A DNA stretch of 64,000 nt from Bacteroidales bacterium (GTDB lineage: Bacteria; Bacteroidota; Bacteroidia; Bacteroidales; UBA4417). A model generated the notes under the pieces. The model was not told where the DNA came from and ran no database searches. It saw nothing but the letters and a program-made list of their open reading frames with translations. Below, in pieces: positions 46,574 through 57,207 of this stretch (the first letter of the stretch is position 1; each line of letters starts with the position of its first letter). Made by a program: the position numbers and the translations under genes. The stretch spans positions 876,440-940,439 of the forward strand of contig OY762227.1 in NCBI GenBank assembly GCA_963665485.1, written 5' to 3'.

Positions 46574-47473
46574 TTACTCTATTTCATAGCCCTCAACAAC
46601 AACAAATCCGTCTCCGCCCAAAAAGGTCTTCGACCATGTTGCGGGTTCAGAATCGGATATAAAATATGTTCCTTTTTCGAGCTTTATATTTGGTTCGGCT
46701 ATCCATTTGGCGCTTGGTGTTTTGTTTTTACCCGTCTTTCCAAAAGCTTTATAACTACCTATAACATAGTCGTCAGAGTCTGAAATTGTTATTTTCCCTC
46801 CGCGTGGTGTTCCCATACCATCATTGTAATGATCGGTTGTAATTCTGGTAATCAAAGTAGGATTCCTGATCGTTAATTTGGTTGGATTCTTAGGATTTTT
46901 GTTTTTCGGTTCTTCGGTATGGCCTACTTCCAGGATTACTTCCGAGTGTATTACGTTTTCTGATACTTCGTTTGATTGTTCAACATCAGGATTTGCTAAT
47001 TTCTGTGAAACAATTTGATTTTCTCCTTTCGATTTTTGTTTAGCTAATTCCTGATCCATCAGGCTCTGCGGTTTGGAATTTTCCGTAATAATGATATTTG
47101 AAGCAATTTCTGCCGGCGTTTTCTTATCCGTGGGAAAATACATAGAATAGCCAAACCAACCAACAGCGCTAAGAGCTCCTGATATCAGTACAATCCATAA
47201 CCATATCCTGGTTTTTTGTGTCTTATTTGATGATTTGCTTTCCTGGGTTGGCTGAGTATTGGGTTGTGCGGAAAAACGGGGTGTATCAGTTGCCTTCTGA
47301 AGAATATCGTTATTATATTCCGATACCGGCGGTGTCCCGATAATAGAAAGTTCAGTTAGAGGCTCTGGTTTTATCTCAGTTCTGGCTACAATTGAGTTTC
47401 TGTCAAATCCACATTCCTGACAGAAACGTGCGTCAGGCTCAAATCTGGTTCCGCATTGTGGGCAAAAATTCAT
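46574..47473 (-). CDS. zinc-ribbon membrane-anchored protein
   Basis: N-terminal MNFCPQCGTRFEPDARFCQECG zinc ribbon, a low-complexity linker, one TM helix, and a C-terminal globular domain of unknown family. Confidence 0.72.
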   Translation of the reverse strand: MNFCPQCGTRFEPDARFCQECGFDRNSIVARTEIKPEPLTELSIIGTPPVSEYNNDILQKATDTPRFSAQPNTQPTQESKSSNKTQKTRIWLWIVLISGALSAVGWFGYSMYFPTDKKTPAEIASNIIITENSKPQSLMDQELAKQKSKGENQIVSQKLANPDVEQSNEVSENVIHSEVILEVGHTEEPKNKNPKNPTKLTIRNPTLITRITTDHYNDGMGTPRGGKITISDSDDYVIGSYKAFGKTGKNKTPSAKWIAEPNIKLEKGTYFISDSEPATWSKTFLGGDGFVVVEGYEIE

Positions 47474-47817
47474 CGTTGATATAATTTAACGAATCTGTAA
47501 AATTAAACCTTTCGTAACTATACACCCTCTTAATTCTCCATTTTTGCCACAGATTTCACAGATGAGTACAGATTTTAAACTATCTTCAATAGGTTTTTAT
47601 GTAAAAATTGACAGATTTGATATATTCCTAATCCGCGAAATGGTTCGGCATGCTCACCACATGCCTGTGGCATGTTTTTGTTTTTCAATACTTTGATGGG
47701 GCTGCATAGTTACAACCCTTCTGTTAATAACCTGGAAAATCTGTTATACAACAAATAGGTTTTATAGGGTGTAATTGACTTTCAGACTGGATACTAATCC
47801 GGTTCACTTCATGCTAA

Positions 47818-48597
47818 TTAAAAAATAAGCCCGAGAACAGAAGCAAATATTGCTGCCAATACTAAACCTATAACAAACATGGCAATAATGGTTAGCGCTA
47901 CATAACCTGCAACTTTGTCATTTGGTGTTTTTTTCAATACAGGCAAACCAATTGCGAATAGATAAATAGCATACAATCCGATTAACAAAACAAGCACACT
48001 CAAGCTGGTGGATAGCAGCAACAGAATACCAGCAACCCATTGAGGTGTAGAAGCATAAACAGCCAATTGCAGAGAACGTCCGAAATTTTTCTCCGATTCA
48101 AACGATGGAGCAAGCTTGTCTATTACCCAGGCTAATAAGTAAACTCCAATTATTGCTGCAAGTAATTGTACCAATCCTTTCTGAATTCCATACCCAATAC
48201 TTTGTGTATGCAAACCCATAAAGGAATAACCAATGATTCCATATCTGATAAAGGCAGAAACGGTAGGTATAAGCGCCAGTATCAAGGCGTAACCTCCAAC
48301 CAGTTTCATGGGATCAGGCTGTTCTGCTTCAATTACATGCCATTCCTCTTTAGGTTTGGTGAGTATGTTTATAACACGCTGAACAAGATTGGTATTTCCT
48401 GTAATTGCTTCTTTAAAAGCGCTTGAGGCTTCTTTAGCTTGTTCATAAACAGGTTCCTGTTGCCGGTAGTCGGGCTGAGGCTCAGGTATTGGTTCAAGCG
48501 TTGGTGAAGGTGACACAACTGCAACAGGAGTTCCGCAGGCTGTACAGAATTTGGCTTCCGGTTTCAGCTCTGCTCCACAATTCGGACAGAATTTCAT
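47818..48597 (-). CDS. zinc-ribbon + Yip1-domain membrane protein
   Basis: N-terminal MKFCPNCGAELKPEAKFCTACG, followed by a 5-TM Yip1/DUF1282-like domain. Confidence 0.78.
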   Translation of the reverse strand: MKFCPNCGAELKPEAKFCTACGTPVAVVSPSPTLEPIPEPQPDYRQQEPVYEQAKEASSAFKEAITGNTNLVQRVINILTKPKEEWHVIEAEQPDPMKLVGGYALILALIPTVSAFIRYGIIGYSFMGLHTQSIGYGIQKGLVQLLAAIIGVYLLAWVIDKLAPSFESEKNFGRSLQLAVYASTPQWVAGILLLLSTSLSVLVLLIGLYAIYLFAIGLPVLKKTPNDKVAGYVALTIIAMFVIGLVLAAIFASVLGLIF

Positions 48598-48721
48598 AAG
48601 CGTTTTGTTTTGGTTAATGATTTTGGGTTGTATAAATCAGCATATTCCTTCAAAAGCAAATGAAAAGATTGACTTGTAGCAAATATATAATTTTATATGA
48701 CATCATACAACAGTGTAAAAA

Positions 48722-50884
48722 CTAACGGACAAGGTCAAAATCCATCTGCTTCTTTTGCAGATCAATCTTTTTAACCTTGATCCGGATATTATCGCCGAGT
48801 CGATAAATTTTCCCCCAGCGCTGGCCTATGATCCTGTAATTTTCTTCGTCCAAATAATAAAAATCGTCGTTCATCAGCCTGAGCGAAACCATGCCTTCGC
48901 ATTTGCTTTCGGTAAGTTCAACAAAGATTCCCCATTTGCTTACGCCCGAAATCAAACCGTCGAACTCCTCCCCTATTCTATCCATCAGGTATTCAGCCTG
49001 TTTGTATTTCACGCTGGCACGTTCGGCTTCCATGGCTTTGCGTTCCATATCCGAGGAATGCTGGCATTTTTCAGCATATTCATCCTGCGAAGCACTCGGC
49101 TTTTCATCGAGATACCATTGCAGTAAACGATGTACCATCAAATCGGGATAACGACGGATGGGAGAAGTAAAGTGTGTGTAATATTTAAATGAAAGTCCGT
49201 AGTGGCCGATGTTCTGCGTAGAATACTCGGCTCTTGCCATGGTTCGTATGGCAATGGTTTCAATCATATTTTCCTCACCTTTTCCGAGGATCTGGTCAAA
49301 CAAAGAGTTGAATGAAGCTGTAATACTTTTGCGGCTGGTGGTTTGAAAACCATACCCCAACTTTTTCAAAAACTCCGAGAAACGTACCAGTTTTTCAGGA
49401 TTTGGTTCATCATGGATACGGTAAACAAAGGTCTTGGATTCGCCATCCTTATTCTTTTTTATGGCAATTTTTTCAGCTACCCGGCGGTTGGCCAGTAGCA
49501 TAAAATCTTCTATCAGGTAGTTTGCTTCTTTTTGCTCCTTGATCATTACTCCGATTGGCTTGCCTTTTTCGTCAAGTTTAAACTTAACTTCCTGCGATTT
49601 AAATGCTATGGAGCCTTTCTTGAATCGTTCTTCACGCAATTTCGAAGATAGATTATGCAAGGTCATCAACTCATTTTTGAAATCACCTTCGGCGCCTTCT
49701 ATTATTACCTGGACTTCCTCGTAGGCATATCTTCTATTCGATTTAATGACGGTTCGGCCAAACCATTCGCTCAGTATTTCTGCCTTGTCATTCAATTTGA
49801 AAACTGCTGAAAAGCAAAGTTTTTCCTCATCAGGTCTGAGCGAACAAACCAGGTTCGAAAGCTGCTCGGGAAGCATTGGAATGGTGCGGTCGACCAGGTA
49901 AATGGAAGTTCCGCGTTCGTAAGCTTCAGTATCAATAGCGGTTCCCGGTGTTACATAATGCGAAACATCGGCAATATGAACTCCTACTTCCCAGTTCCCG
50001 TCAGGCAATTTTTGCAACGAAAGAGCATCGTCGAAATCTTTTGCATCTACCGGGTCGATGGTGCAGGTCCAGATATCACGGAAGTCGCGACGTTTGGCAA
50101 GCTCTTCCGGAGAAACTACATTCTGTATACGTTTTGCTTCAGCTTCGGCAGCTTTGGGAAACTCGAGCGGGAAATCAAATTCAGCCAGGATGGCATTCAT
50201 TTCCACATTATTGTCGCCAGGCTGACCAAGCACATGTATAATTTCACCAATAGGGTTCGTAGCTTTTTCGGGCCATTCAGTGATCAGCGCCACAGCTTTC
50301 TGTCCGTGTTTTGCGCCTTTCAATGCTGTGAGTGGAATATAAATATCAACATTAATCAACTGGCTGTCGGGCACCAGGAAGGCAAATCGTTTTGATACGT
50401 GAACGATACCAACAAACTGTTTCTTGGCACGCTCAACTATTTCAACAATAACACCTTCGGGCCTTCGGTCCTTACGTTTCGGGAAAAGGTGCACTTTAAC
50501 TTTATCGCCGTTCAGGGCATGATTGGTATTATTAGATTCTATAAATACATCTTCCGGCAAGTCGGGGCTTATGATATATGCTTTGCCGGTGGCTTTCATA
50601 TCAACAATTCCCGTTACCGTATTAGCTCTGGCAATTGCGGTTTTAAGTTTTGGGTTTAGTTTATATTTTCCGCGGTTCATTTCGACCAGCGAGCCTTGAA
50701 TGCAAAGTTGTTCAAGGATTGAGCGCACCTGGTCTTTTTCCCGTTTATCGGTAATTCCAAGCTGCGAAGCTGTTTGACGGAAGTTGTACGAGTTATCGGA
50801 ATTCTCCGAAAACAGGTTAAATATCCTGTTTGTAAATTCGTTGCGGGCTACATTAGCCTGCGGATTTTGTTTCTTTTTTGACAT
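48722..50884 (-). CDS. rnr: ribonuclease R
   Basis: 720 aa. Cold-shock-like N-terminus, RNB domain (DPVDAKDFDDALS...), and a C-terminal S1 domain. Confidence 0.94.
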   Translation of the reverse strand: MSKKKQNPQANVARNEFTNRIFNLFSENSDNSYNFRQTASQLGITDKREKDQVRSILEQLCIQGSLVEMNRGKYKLNPKLKTAIARANTVTGIVDMKATGKAYIISPDLPEDVFIESNNTNHALNGDKVKVHLFPKRKDRRPEGVIVEIVERAKKQFVGIVHVSKRFAFLVPDSQLINVDIYIPLTALKGAKHGQKAVALITEWPEKATNPIGEIIHVLGQPGDNNVEMNAILAEFDFPLEFPKAAEAEAKRIQNVVSPEELAKRRDFRDIWTCTIDPVDAKDFDDALSLQKLPDGNWEVGVHIADVSHYVTPGTAIDTEAYERGTSIYLVDRTIPMLPEQLSNLVCSLRPDEEKLCFSAVFKLNDKAEILSEWFGRTVIKSNRRYAYEEVQVIIEGAEGDFKNELMTLHNLSSKLREERFKKGSIAFKSQEVKFKLDEKGKPIGVMIKEQKEANYLIEDFMLLANRRVAEKIAIKKNKDGESKTFVYRIHDEPNPEKLVRFSEFLKKLGYGFQTTSRKSITASFNSLFDQILGKGEENMIETIAIRTMARAEYSTQNIGHYGLSFKYYTHFTSPIRRYPDLMVHRLLQWYLDEKPSASQDEYAEKCQHSSDMERKAMEAERASVKYKQAEYLMDRIGEEFDGLISGVSKWGIFVELTESKCEGMVSLRLMNDDFYYLDEENYRIIGQRWGKIYRLGDNIRIKVKKIDLQKKQMDFDLVR

Positions 50885-51069
50885 TTTAATTCTTTTTGAT
50901 TCATTTCCCGGGCCGTTTTGCCCGAAATACTATTTGTGTATGACTATACAACAGTTTTCATCAGCTAAAGTAGTATTATCCTATTGTTAATTTTATTGCT
51001 CCACTCCTACTTGCCAATTTCACACTCTCCATTTTATCGTTAATTCGCTCCTCGCTCTTCACCCCTCTT

Positions 51070-52806
51070 TTACAGGACAATGCCTTTAGGGATTGCATCC
51101 AGCAGCAATCGTGTATACTCTGATTGTGGATTTGTATAAACCTCATCGGCTTCGCCCATTTCCTGGATTTCACCATTTTTCATTACCATCAACCTATCGC
51201 TCATATAACGAACAACAGACAGATCGTGGCTGATAAACAAATATGTGAGCCCAAATTCTTTTTTTAAATCATTGAGTAAATTCAACACCTGGGCCTGCAC
51301 TGAAACATCTAATGCTGAAACGGATTCATCGCAAATAATAAACTCAGGTTCAACCGCCAGTGCCCGGGCAATGCATATCCGCTGCCTTTGTCCACCGGAA
51401 AACTCATGAGGATATCTTCCATAGTGCGAAGCTTCTAATCCAACTTTTTGAAGTAACTCTGAAACTTTGGCTTTTCTGGAATTTTCATTTCCATGAAGCT
51501 TATGTACACGCATTGGTTCAATAATGGATTCACCAACAGTAATTCGGGGATTGAGTGATGAATAAGGATCCTGGAAAATGATCTGTAACTTCTTACGAAG
51601 ATTGAGAAGATCAGTGGCTTTCAGATCATTTACCTGCACATTTTTATAAATGGTGTTCCCGGAACTTGGCTCAATTAAACGAAGAATTGTTCGGCCCAAT
51701 GTTGTTTTTCCACAACCCGATTCGCCCACTAACCCTAGTGTTTCGCCTGGATAGACTTCGAACGAAACATTGTTTACAGCTTTGTATTGTTTTACAGGTT
51801 TTCCGGCAATATTACGTTTTGTTGTAAAAACTGTATTGATTCCCTGCGTTTTTAAAATTGGGTCAGAGGAATAAAGCTTCTTGTGAAACCGGGAACGCTC
51901 ATCTTCAGTTATAAATGTATCGTCAACATTTCCGGAACCTTCTGTAAAGTCTGCAATTACTTTTAATCTATGTGGCCGTTTCCCCAAGGGTGGTCTGCAG
52001 GCAAGCAATCCTTTGGTATAAGGATGTTGTGGGTGATTAAATATTTGCTTAATAATTCCTTTTTCTACAATCTGACCTTTATACATAACAAGCACATTGT
52101 CTGCAATATCGGCTATTACATCCAGGTTGTGTGAAATAAATATCAGGCTGATATTGTGCTTCTTTTGCAATGTTCGAAGCAATTCGAGAATAGTTTTCTG
52201 AACAGTTACATCAAGCGCCGTTGTAGGCTCGTCGGCGATCAGAATATCGGGATTACAGGCAAGAGCCATGGCAATCATCACTCGTTGTTTCTGTCCGCCT
52301 GAAACCTGGTGAGGATAGGCACAGTAGGTACTTTCGGGATCAGGAAGCATTACTTCTCTGAACAAGTCCAGTGTGCGGGTGCGCGCCTCGCGGCGTGAAA
52401 CTTTTTCGTGTTCCAGTATATTTTCCATCACTTGCTTTCCACATCGGTAAGCCGGGTTTAGCGAAGTCATTGGTTCCTGGAAAATCATGGCGATTTTTTT
52501 ACCACGCCACAGTCGCATTTCCTTTTCAGGAAGTTCCAGAAGATTTGTTTTTTCGACCGCTGAAGTATGAAAAATTATGGACCCTGAATTTATTCTTCCG
52601 TTTGGTTTTGGTATAAGCCCCATAATGGCTAGCGAAGTAAGCGATTTGCCTGAGCCTGATTCGCCTACAATGCCCAGAGTGGTTCCACGCTCAAGCTCGA
52701 ACGAAACACGATTTACAGCAATATGATCTTTTCCTTCCTGGCTGAACGAAATACTTAGATCGTTTAGGGTAAGAATGGTATTTTCAGAGTTTCCGATAGA
52801 ATTCAA
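51070..52806 (-). CDS. ABC transporter ATP-binding protein with two fused NBDs (Dpp/Opp-type)
   Basis: Two Walker A motifs ([16 protein letters not shown]), two signature motifs ([16 protein letters not shown]) and two Walker B motifs ([16 protein letters not shown]). Confidence 0.93.
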   Translation of the reverse strand: MNSIGNSENTILTLNDLSISFSQEGKDHIAVNRVSFELERGTTLGIVGESGSGKSLTSLAIMGLIPKPNGRINSGSIIFHTSAVEKTNLLELPEKEMRLWRGKKIAMIFQEPMTSLNPAYRCGKQVMENILEHEKVSRREARTRTLDLFREVMLPDPESTYCAYPHQVSGGQKQRVMIAMALACNPDILIADEPTTALDVTVQKTILELLRTLQKKHNISLIFISHNLDVIADIADNVLVMYKGQIVEKGIIKQIFNHPQHPYTKGLLACRPPLGKRPHRLKVIADFTEGSGNVDDTFITEDERSRFHKKLYSSDPILKTQGINTVFTTKRNIAGKPVKQYKAVNNVSFEVYPGETLGLVGESGCGKTTLGRTILRLIEPSSGNTIYKNVQVNDLKATDLLNLRKKLQIIFQDPYSSLNPRITVGESIIEPMRVHKLHGNENSRKAKVSELLQKVGLEASHYGRYPHEFSGGQRQRICIARALAVEPEFIICDESVSALDVSVQAQVLNLLNDLKKEFGLTYLFISHDLSVVRYMSDRLMVMKNGEIQEMGEADEVYTNPQSEYTRLLLDAIPKGIVL

Positions 52807-52825
52807 GAGCGGTTTTTTAGTTTAA

Positions 52826-53545
52826 TTAAGTTTTAATCAGACCTTTTATAAGGGCAAGTTGTATAATGGCGTCAGCAAGTTCTTTTTCAGTAAAACGACT
52901 ACGATTCAATTCGGCATCATAGGCTGAGCTGTCGGGTTTTTTACCTAAAAGCCTGGTGATAAGCAATTGACGTTCCTCATCACGTTTATGAACATATTCA
53001 GTAGCATAAGCTTTACTGAAATCAAGTCTGCGGGCTATTTCGGCAATACGCCAATCTTCGGGGGCAACGAGCCTAACGTGAAGCGAAAGATTGATATCGT
53101 GACAGATACTGGCTCCCCCTCTTCCAATAATTATTACTTTTCCGTTATTAGCGAACTGCCTGATGACATCGTGCACCGTATTCAATATTTTCTGATCACT
53201 TTTATGCGAATGTTGAGAAAGTGCGCCAACGATCTGATCCATCATTCCCCGGTTTTTATCATCGATAACATTTTTTAATGCTGCAGGATCAAGGTTTAAT
53301 TGTTCGGCTGATTCCTGAAGAATTTCACGGCTGATAAATCTCCATTTTCCTTCTTTGTTTCCTTCAGGTTTAACTGAAGGATTTCTTTTGTTGAGTTCTT
53401 CGCATATGGCCCAGGCAATTCCTCTGGCACCGCATCCGGTTTGCCTGGATATGGTTATTACCGGACCTGGCTCTGTAACGGTGCGTAAAATATTGATGTC
53501 ACCGCCAATACGCTTATTCATATATTCGAATAGCCTGTTTTCCAT
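52826..53545 (-). CDS. cytidylate-kinase-like family protein
   Basis: ITISRQTGCGARGIA P-loop-like start and the ~240-aa layout of the Cytidylate_kin2 family. Confidence 0.75.
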   Translation of the reverse strand: MENRLFEYMNKRIGGDINILRTVTEPGPVITISRQTGCGARGIAWAICEELNKRNPSVKPEGNKEGKWRFISREILQESAEQLNLDPAALKNVIDDKNRGMMDQIVGALSQHSHKSDQKILNTVHDVIRQFANNGKVIIIGRGGASICHDINLSLHVRLVAPEDWRIAEIARRLDFSKAYATEYVHKRDEERQLLITRLLGKKPDSSAYDAELNRSRFTEKELADAIIQLALIKGLIKT

Positions 53546-53700
53546 GGTAATCTCCTTTCTTTAATTAAAAAAGTTTCAGCGTTAAAGGGTTCATTTGCCT
53601 GCGGCGTTCAATGTATATCTTTCCAAAATAAAAGTACCGATTCACAATCTCCTTGTTTTCTTTCGTTTCCTATGCCTCTCACCACTTCTCCATGCCTATT

Positions 53701-55053
53701 TTATTCTTCATTAATCCGTTCTCTTATTGCTTCCGTTTCATTTTCAAATCCAGGTTTTCCGAGTAAAGCAAAAATATTGTTTTTATACGTTTCCACGCCA
53801 GGCTGATTAAATGGGTTAATTCCCAGCAAATATCCACTTAGCCCACAGGCGAATTCAAAGAAGTAGATCAATTCGCCTAGCGAACGTTCATCAATAGTTG
53901 GCAATAAAATATCGAGATTGGGAACTTCCCCGTCAATATGCGCCAGCGTAGTTCCCAGGGCAGCCATTTCATTTACCTGATGAAGTGTTTTTCCGGATAA
54001 ATAATTCAGACCATCTATGTCAGCCTCATCAGCAGGGACCGAAAGTAAATTTTTTGATTTCTGAATATGAATTACAGTTTCGAAAAGCATGCGCTGGCCT
54101 TCCTGGATGTATTGCCCCATCGAGTGCAGGTCGCCAGTAAAATCGGCGCCTGACGGGAATAAACCTTCATTTTCCTTACCTTCACTTTCACCGAAAAGCT
54201 GTTTCCACCATTCAGTGAAATAATGCAGCGAAGGTTCATAATTAACAAGAATTTCGATTTGGCTTCCCATTCGGTACAACGAAGTCCGGATTGCGGCATA
54301 GCAGGCTGCCGGATTATCAATTAATGAAGATGTTTCAACACAAGCCTTTCGCATCTCATTTGCGCCTTCAATAAGTTCCCTGATATTGTATCCTGCTATG
54401 GCAACCGGCAACAAACCAACAGGCGTAAGCACTGAATACCGCCCTCCTATATCATCCGGAATTACATAAGTTTTATACCCGTTCTTTTCCGAAAGGCTTT
54501 TTAATGTTCCTTTTGAACTATCGGTGATGGCAATAATCCGGCTGGAAGCTTCATCGGGTCCATATTTTTTTTCAATATGATTTTTTAAAAGCCTGAAAGC
54601 AATTGCGGGTTCAATAGTTGTGCCGGATTTTGATACAACTAAAATGGCATATTCCTTTTTATCAAGCAGTTGAATCAGTTCCGAATGGTAATCCTGGCTG
54701 ATATTGTTGCCTGCATACAAAACAACCGGATTTTTGTTCCCGGTTAAGAAGCCGTGAAAAGGTGAAGAAAGCGCTTCAATTATAGCTTTGGAACCCAGGT
54801 AAGATCCTCCGATTCCAATTACAACCAGTATTTCAATTTTTTCACGTATTGACTTAGCGTCAGCTTCAATAGTGTTGAGAAGGCTCTCACCTGTTCTGGC
54901 AGGAAGATCAATCCAACCCAGGAATTGATTCCCTTTCCCTGCTTTTTCTATAAGCAGGCTATGACTTATATCGACTTCGTCCTGCATTAAATAAATCTCT
55001 TCTTCCGAAAGAAAACGTGTTACATGTTTATATTGGAATTCGAGATTTATCAT
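53701..55053 (-). CDS. pgi: glucose-6-phosphate isomerase
   Basis: 450 aa. GIGGSYLG, VVSKSGTTIEP and the C-terminal catalytic-region pattern of the short PGI class. Confidence 0.94.
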   Translation of the reverse strand: MINLEFQYKHVTRFLSEEEIYLMQDEVDISHSLLIEKAGKGNQFLGWIDLPARTGESLLNTIEADAKSIREKIEILVVIGIGGSYLGSKAIIEALSSPFHGFLTGNKNPVVLYAGNNISQDYHSELIQLLDKKEYAILVVSKSGTTIEPAIAFRLLKNHIEKKYGPDEASSRIIAITDSSKGTLKSLSEKNGYKTYVIPDDIGGRYSVLTPVGLLPVAIAGYNIRELIEGANEMRKACVETSSLIDNPAACYAAIRTSLYRMGSQIEILVNYEPSLHYFTEWWKQLFGESEGKENEGLFPSGADFTGDLHSMGQYIQEGQRMLFETVIHIQKSKNLLSVPADEADIDGLNYLSGKTLHQVNEMAALGTTLAHIDGEVPNLDILLPTIDERSLGELIYFFEFACGLSGYLLGINPFNQPGVETYKNNIFALLGKPGFENETEAIRERINEE

Positions 55054-55159
55054 TGTTGATAAAATTGAGTAATTTCCGTCTTATCATCTTTAAGAGTATA
55101 AAATTACTAAAAAAAATGCAGAATGCCATATCGTTATTGATAATTTAGCAGTTTTATAA

Positions 55160-55276
55160 TAAAAAATGCGGCCCAGTATGTGAGCCGCATTTCCCCAAAC
55201 AAACAACAAAACCAGTTATAAAAATATCTCTGTAACCAGCAGAGACTTGTAAGAATAACCTTATGTTTAACTAACC
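55160..55276 (-). ncRNA. candidate sRNA, paralog A (novel; boundaries approximate)
   Basis: Minus strand: TACTTTTG box (plus 55281-55288). Then ATCGGTTAGTT..., inner hairpin UCUCUG-CUGGUUA-CAGAGA (55227-55245), a GU-rich run, and terminator stem 55165-55172/55184-55191 plus a U-run. Confidence 0.5.
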
Positions 55277-55537
55277 GATACAAAAGTACTACCACGAACA
55301 CCAGCATAATGTTAACGAAATAAAAAGATCGTTAAAATAAGTTAAGGGATTAAAATCGTTTTTATATCCTCTACAGTAAAGAAGCGGTAACTGATATGTT
55401 ATCCACAAATTTCGAAGACAAAACAGATTAGTAAATTAGGGCTGATAAATAACCGATACAATTCCATTAGCAGGCTTAAATATTCGTGACGTTGTGGCCT
55501 GATGAGCTGCAGGGGATTGAAGAAATATAAACCGATA

Positions 55538-55653
55538 AATAAAAAATGCGGCCCTGATAGGAACCGCATTTTTTCAAACAAACAACAAAACCTCTTAATA
55601 AAATTCTCTATAACCAATAGAGACCTGATATAATAACTTTTGTTCAACTAACC
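55538..55653 (-). ncRNA. candidate sRNA, paralog B
   Basis: TATCTTTG box (plus 55658-55665). The inner hairpin UCUCUA-UUGGUUA-UAGAGA (55605-55623) is compensatory relative to copies A and C. Terminator stem 55545-55551/55564-55570 plus a U-run. Confidence 0.5.
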
Positions 55654-55803
55654 GATACAAAGATAGGGTAAGAATCAAGTTTTTGTTGTTAACGAAAAGT
55701 AAAGAACGTTAAAATTTGTTAAGTAACTGAATTATTTAAATGCCTGAGAAATTATAAATTAGTCTCAAGCTTTTAGTTGAAAAAAAGCACCCTTTAACGG
55801 GCA

Positions 55804-55908
55804 AATAAAAAATGCGACCCATGGTATGAGTCGCATTTCCCAAACAAACAACAAAACCGTTAAACAAACATCTCTGTAACCAGCAGAGAATTGATAATAA
55901 CATTTTGC
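55804..55908 (-). ncRNA. candidate sRNA, paralog C, 3' portion (separated from its promoter and first ~18 nt at 57208-57238 by the IS)
   Basis: Inner hairpin 55871-55889 and terminator stem 55811-55818/55830-55837 (GCGAC/GUCGC). The sequence is continuous with 57208 onward once the IS and one TSD copy are removed. Confidence 0.45.
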
Positions 55909-57207
55909 CACTAGTGTCCACTAAATTTTAACAATCGTTCTTTGAAATCCTTGTGTATCTATATATTGCGAGCGTTTTAGCTGCGTGACGATTTGAAATG
56001 CCTAAGTTAGGTGGTAAATTTTCTGTTACCATGAATAAAGGCAAATATGTTTACGCACAGTTGATCGAGTTCTTACCGCAAAGAGTTTTTGACGGGTATG
56101 TAGCAAAGTATTCAGGTAATAAATTTGTGAGATACTTTACATGTTGGAACCAGCTGCTTTGTATGATTTTCGGTCAACTTACCAATCGGGATAGTCTTCG
56201 TGATTTGATTGTTGCTATTGATGCTCACAGTCGAAAAACCTATCATCTGGGTTTTGGTAAAAGTGTAACCAGGAGTAATTTAGCAAAGGCGAACGAGAGT
56301 CGTAACAGTAAGATATTTGAAGAGTTTGCATACCATCTTATTGATGTTGCAAGAAGGAAACGAGCTAATGATGATTTCGAGATTAAGGGTAAAGTCTATG
56401 CATTTGACTCTTCTACTATCGATCTCTGCCTGAATGTATTTTGGTGGGCCAAATTTCGTAAAGCAAAGGGAGGAATAAAACTCCATACACTTTATGACAT
56501 TTCCACACAAATCCCAGCATTCATACACGTTACAGCAGCATCCGTAAATGATGTAAACGCAATGGATGTAATTCCTTACGAAACTGAAGCATACTATATT
56601 TTCGACCGAGGTTACGTTGATTATACCAGACTCAATAAAATCACCAATCACTCAGCATATTTTGTGATAAGAGCTAAATCTAATCTCAATTTTACGAGAA
56701 TGTACTCTAATAGAATTGATAAAACTAAAGGTGTTCAATGCGATCAGATTGGGAAACTAGCAGGGTTTTATGTAGCAAAACAATACCCTGAAAAATTACG
56801 CAGAGTTAAGTTTTATGATGTGGAAACCAAGCGAACTTTTGTTTTCCTGACCAATAACTTTGAGTTGACAGCCGAACAAATTGCGTTGCTTTACAAAAAT
56901 CGTTGGCAAGTTGAGTTATTCTTCAAGTGGATAAAACAACATTTAAAGATAAAAGCCTTTTGGGGAACTTCTGAAAATGCTGTTCGTATCCAGATTTACA
57001 CCGCAATCATCACTTATTGTTTGGTGGCGATTGCAGGGCACGACCTTAAAATTGAACGTTCGACCTACGAAATATTACAGGTCTTAGGCATATCCCTACT
57101 TGATAAAACGCCTGTAAAACAGCTGTTTACAAATATAGATTACAAAGATGTCAATGAACTGAATTATAATCAACTGTTATTCAGTTAGTTTAAAGTGGAC
57201 ACTAGTG
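55909..57207 (+). mobile_element. IS4-family insertion sequence (1299 bp) with a 9-bp target-site duplication
   Basis: Terminal inverted repeats CACTAGTGTCCACT (55909-55922) and AGTGGACACTAGTG (57194-57207). Direct repeat ACATTTTGC at 55900-55908 and 57208-57216. A single transposase ORF lies inside. Confidence 0.9.
55998..57188 (+). CDS. IS4-family DDE transposase (DUF4372 N-terminus)
   Basis: MNKGKYVYAQLIEFLP...FTCWNQLLCMIFGQLTNRDSLRDL is the typical DUF4372 start. The DDE_Tnp_1-like core includes YKNRWQVELFFKWIKQ. The likelier start is the ATG at 56031. Confidence 0.9.
   Translation: MPKLGGKFSVTMNKGKYVYAQLIEFLPQRVFDGYVAKYSGNKFVRYFTCWNQLLCMIFGQLTNRDSLRDLIVAIDAHSRKTYHLGFGKSVTRSNLAKANESRNSKIFEEFAYHLIDVARRKRANDDFEIKGKVYAFDSSTIDLCLNVFWWAKFRKAKGGIKLHTLYDISTQIPAFIHVTAASVNDVNAMDVIPYETEAYYIFDRGYVDYTRLNKITNHSAYFVIRAKSNLNFTRMYSNRIDKTKGVQCDQIGKLAGFYVAKQYPEKLRRVKFYDVETKRTFVFLTNNFELTAEQIALLYKNRWQVELFFKWIKQHLKIKAFWGTSENAVRIQIYTAIITYCLVAIAGHDLKIERSTYEILQVLGISLLDKTPVKQLFTNIDYKDVNELNYNQLLFS

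Noticed and set aside
55399-55921. ORFs 55399-55647 (82 aa) and 55736-55921 (61 aa) on the minus strand
   Set aside because: They run through the repeated sRNA-like units. The reading frame and start codon are not conserved among the three copies, and the translations pass through the terminator hairpins.
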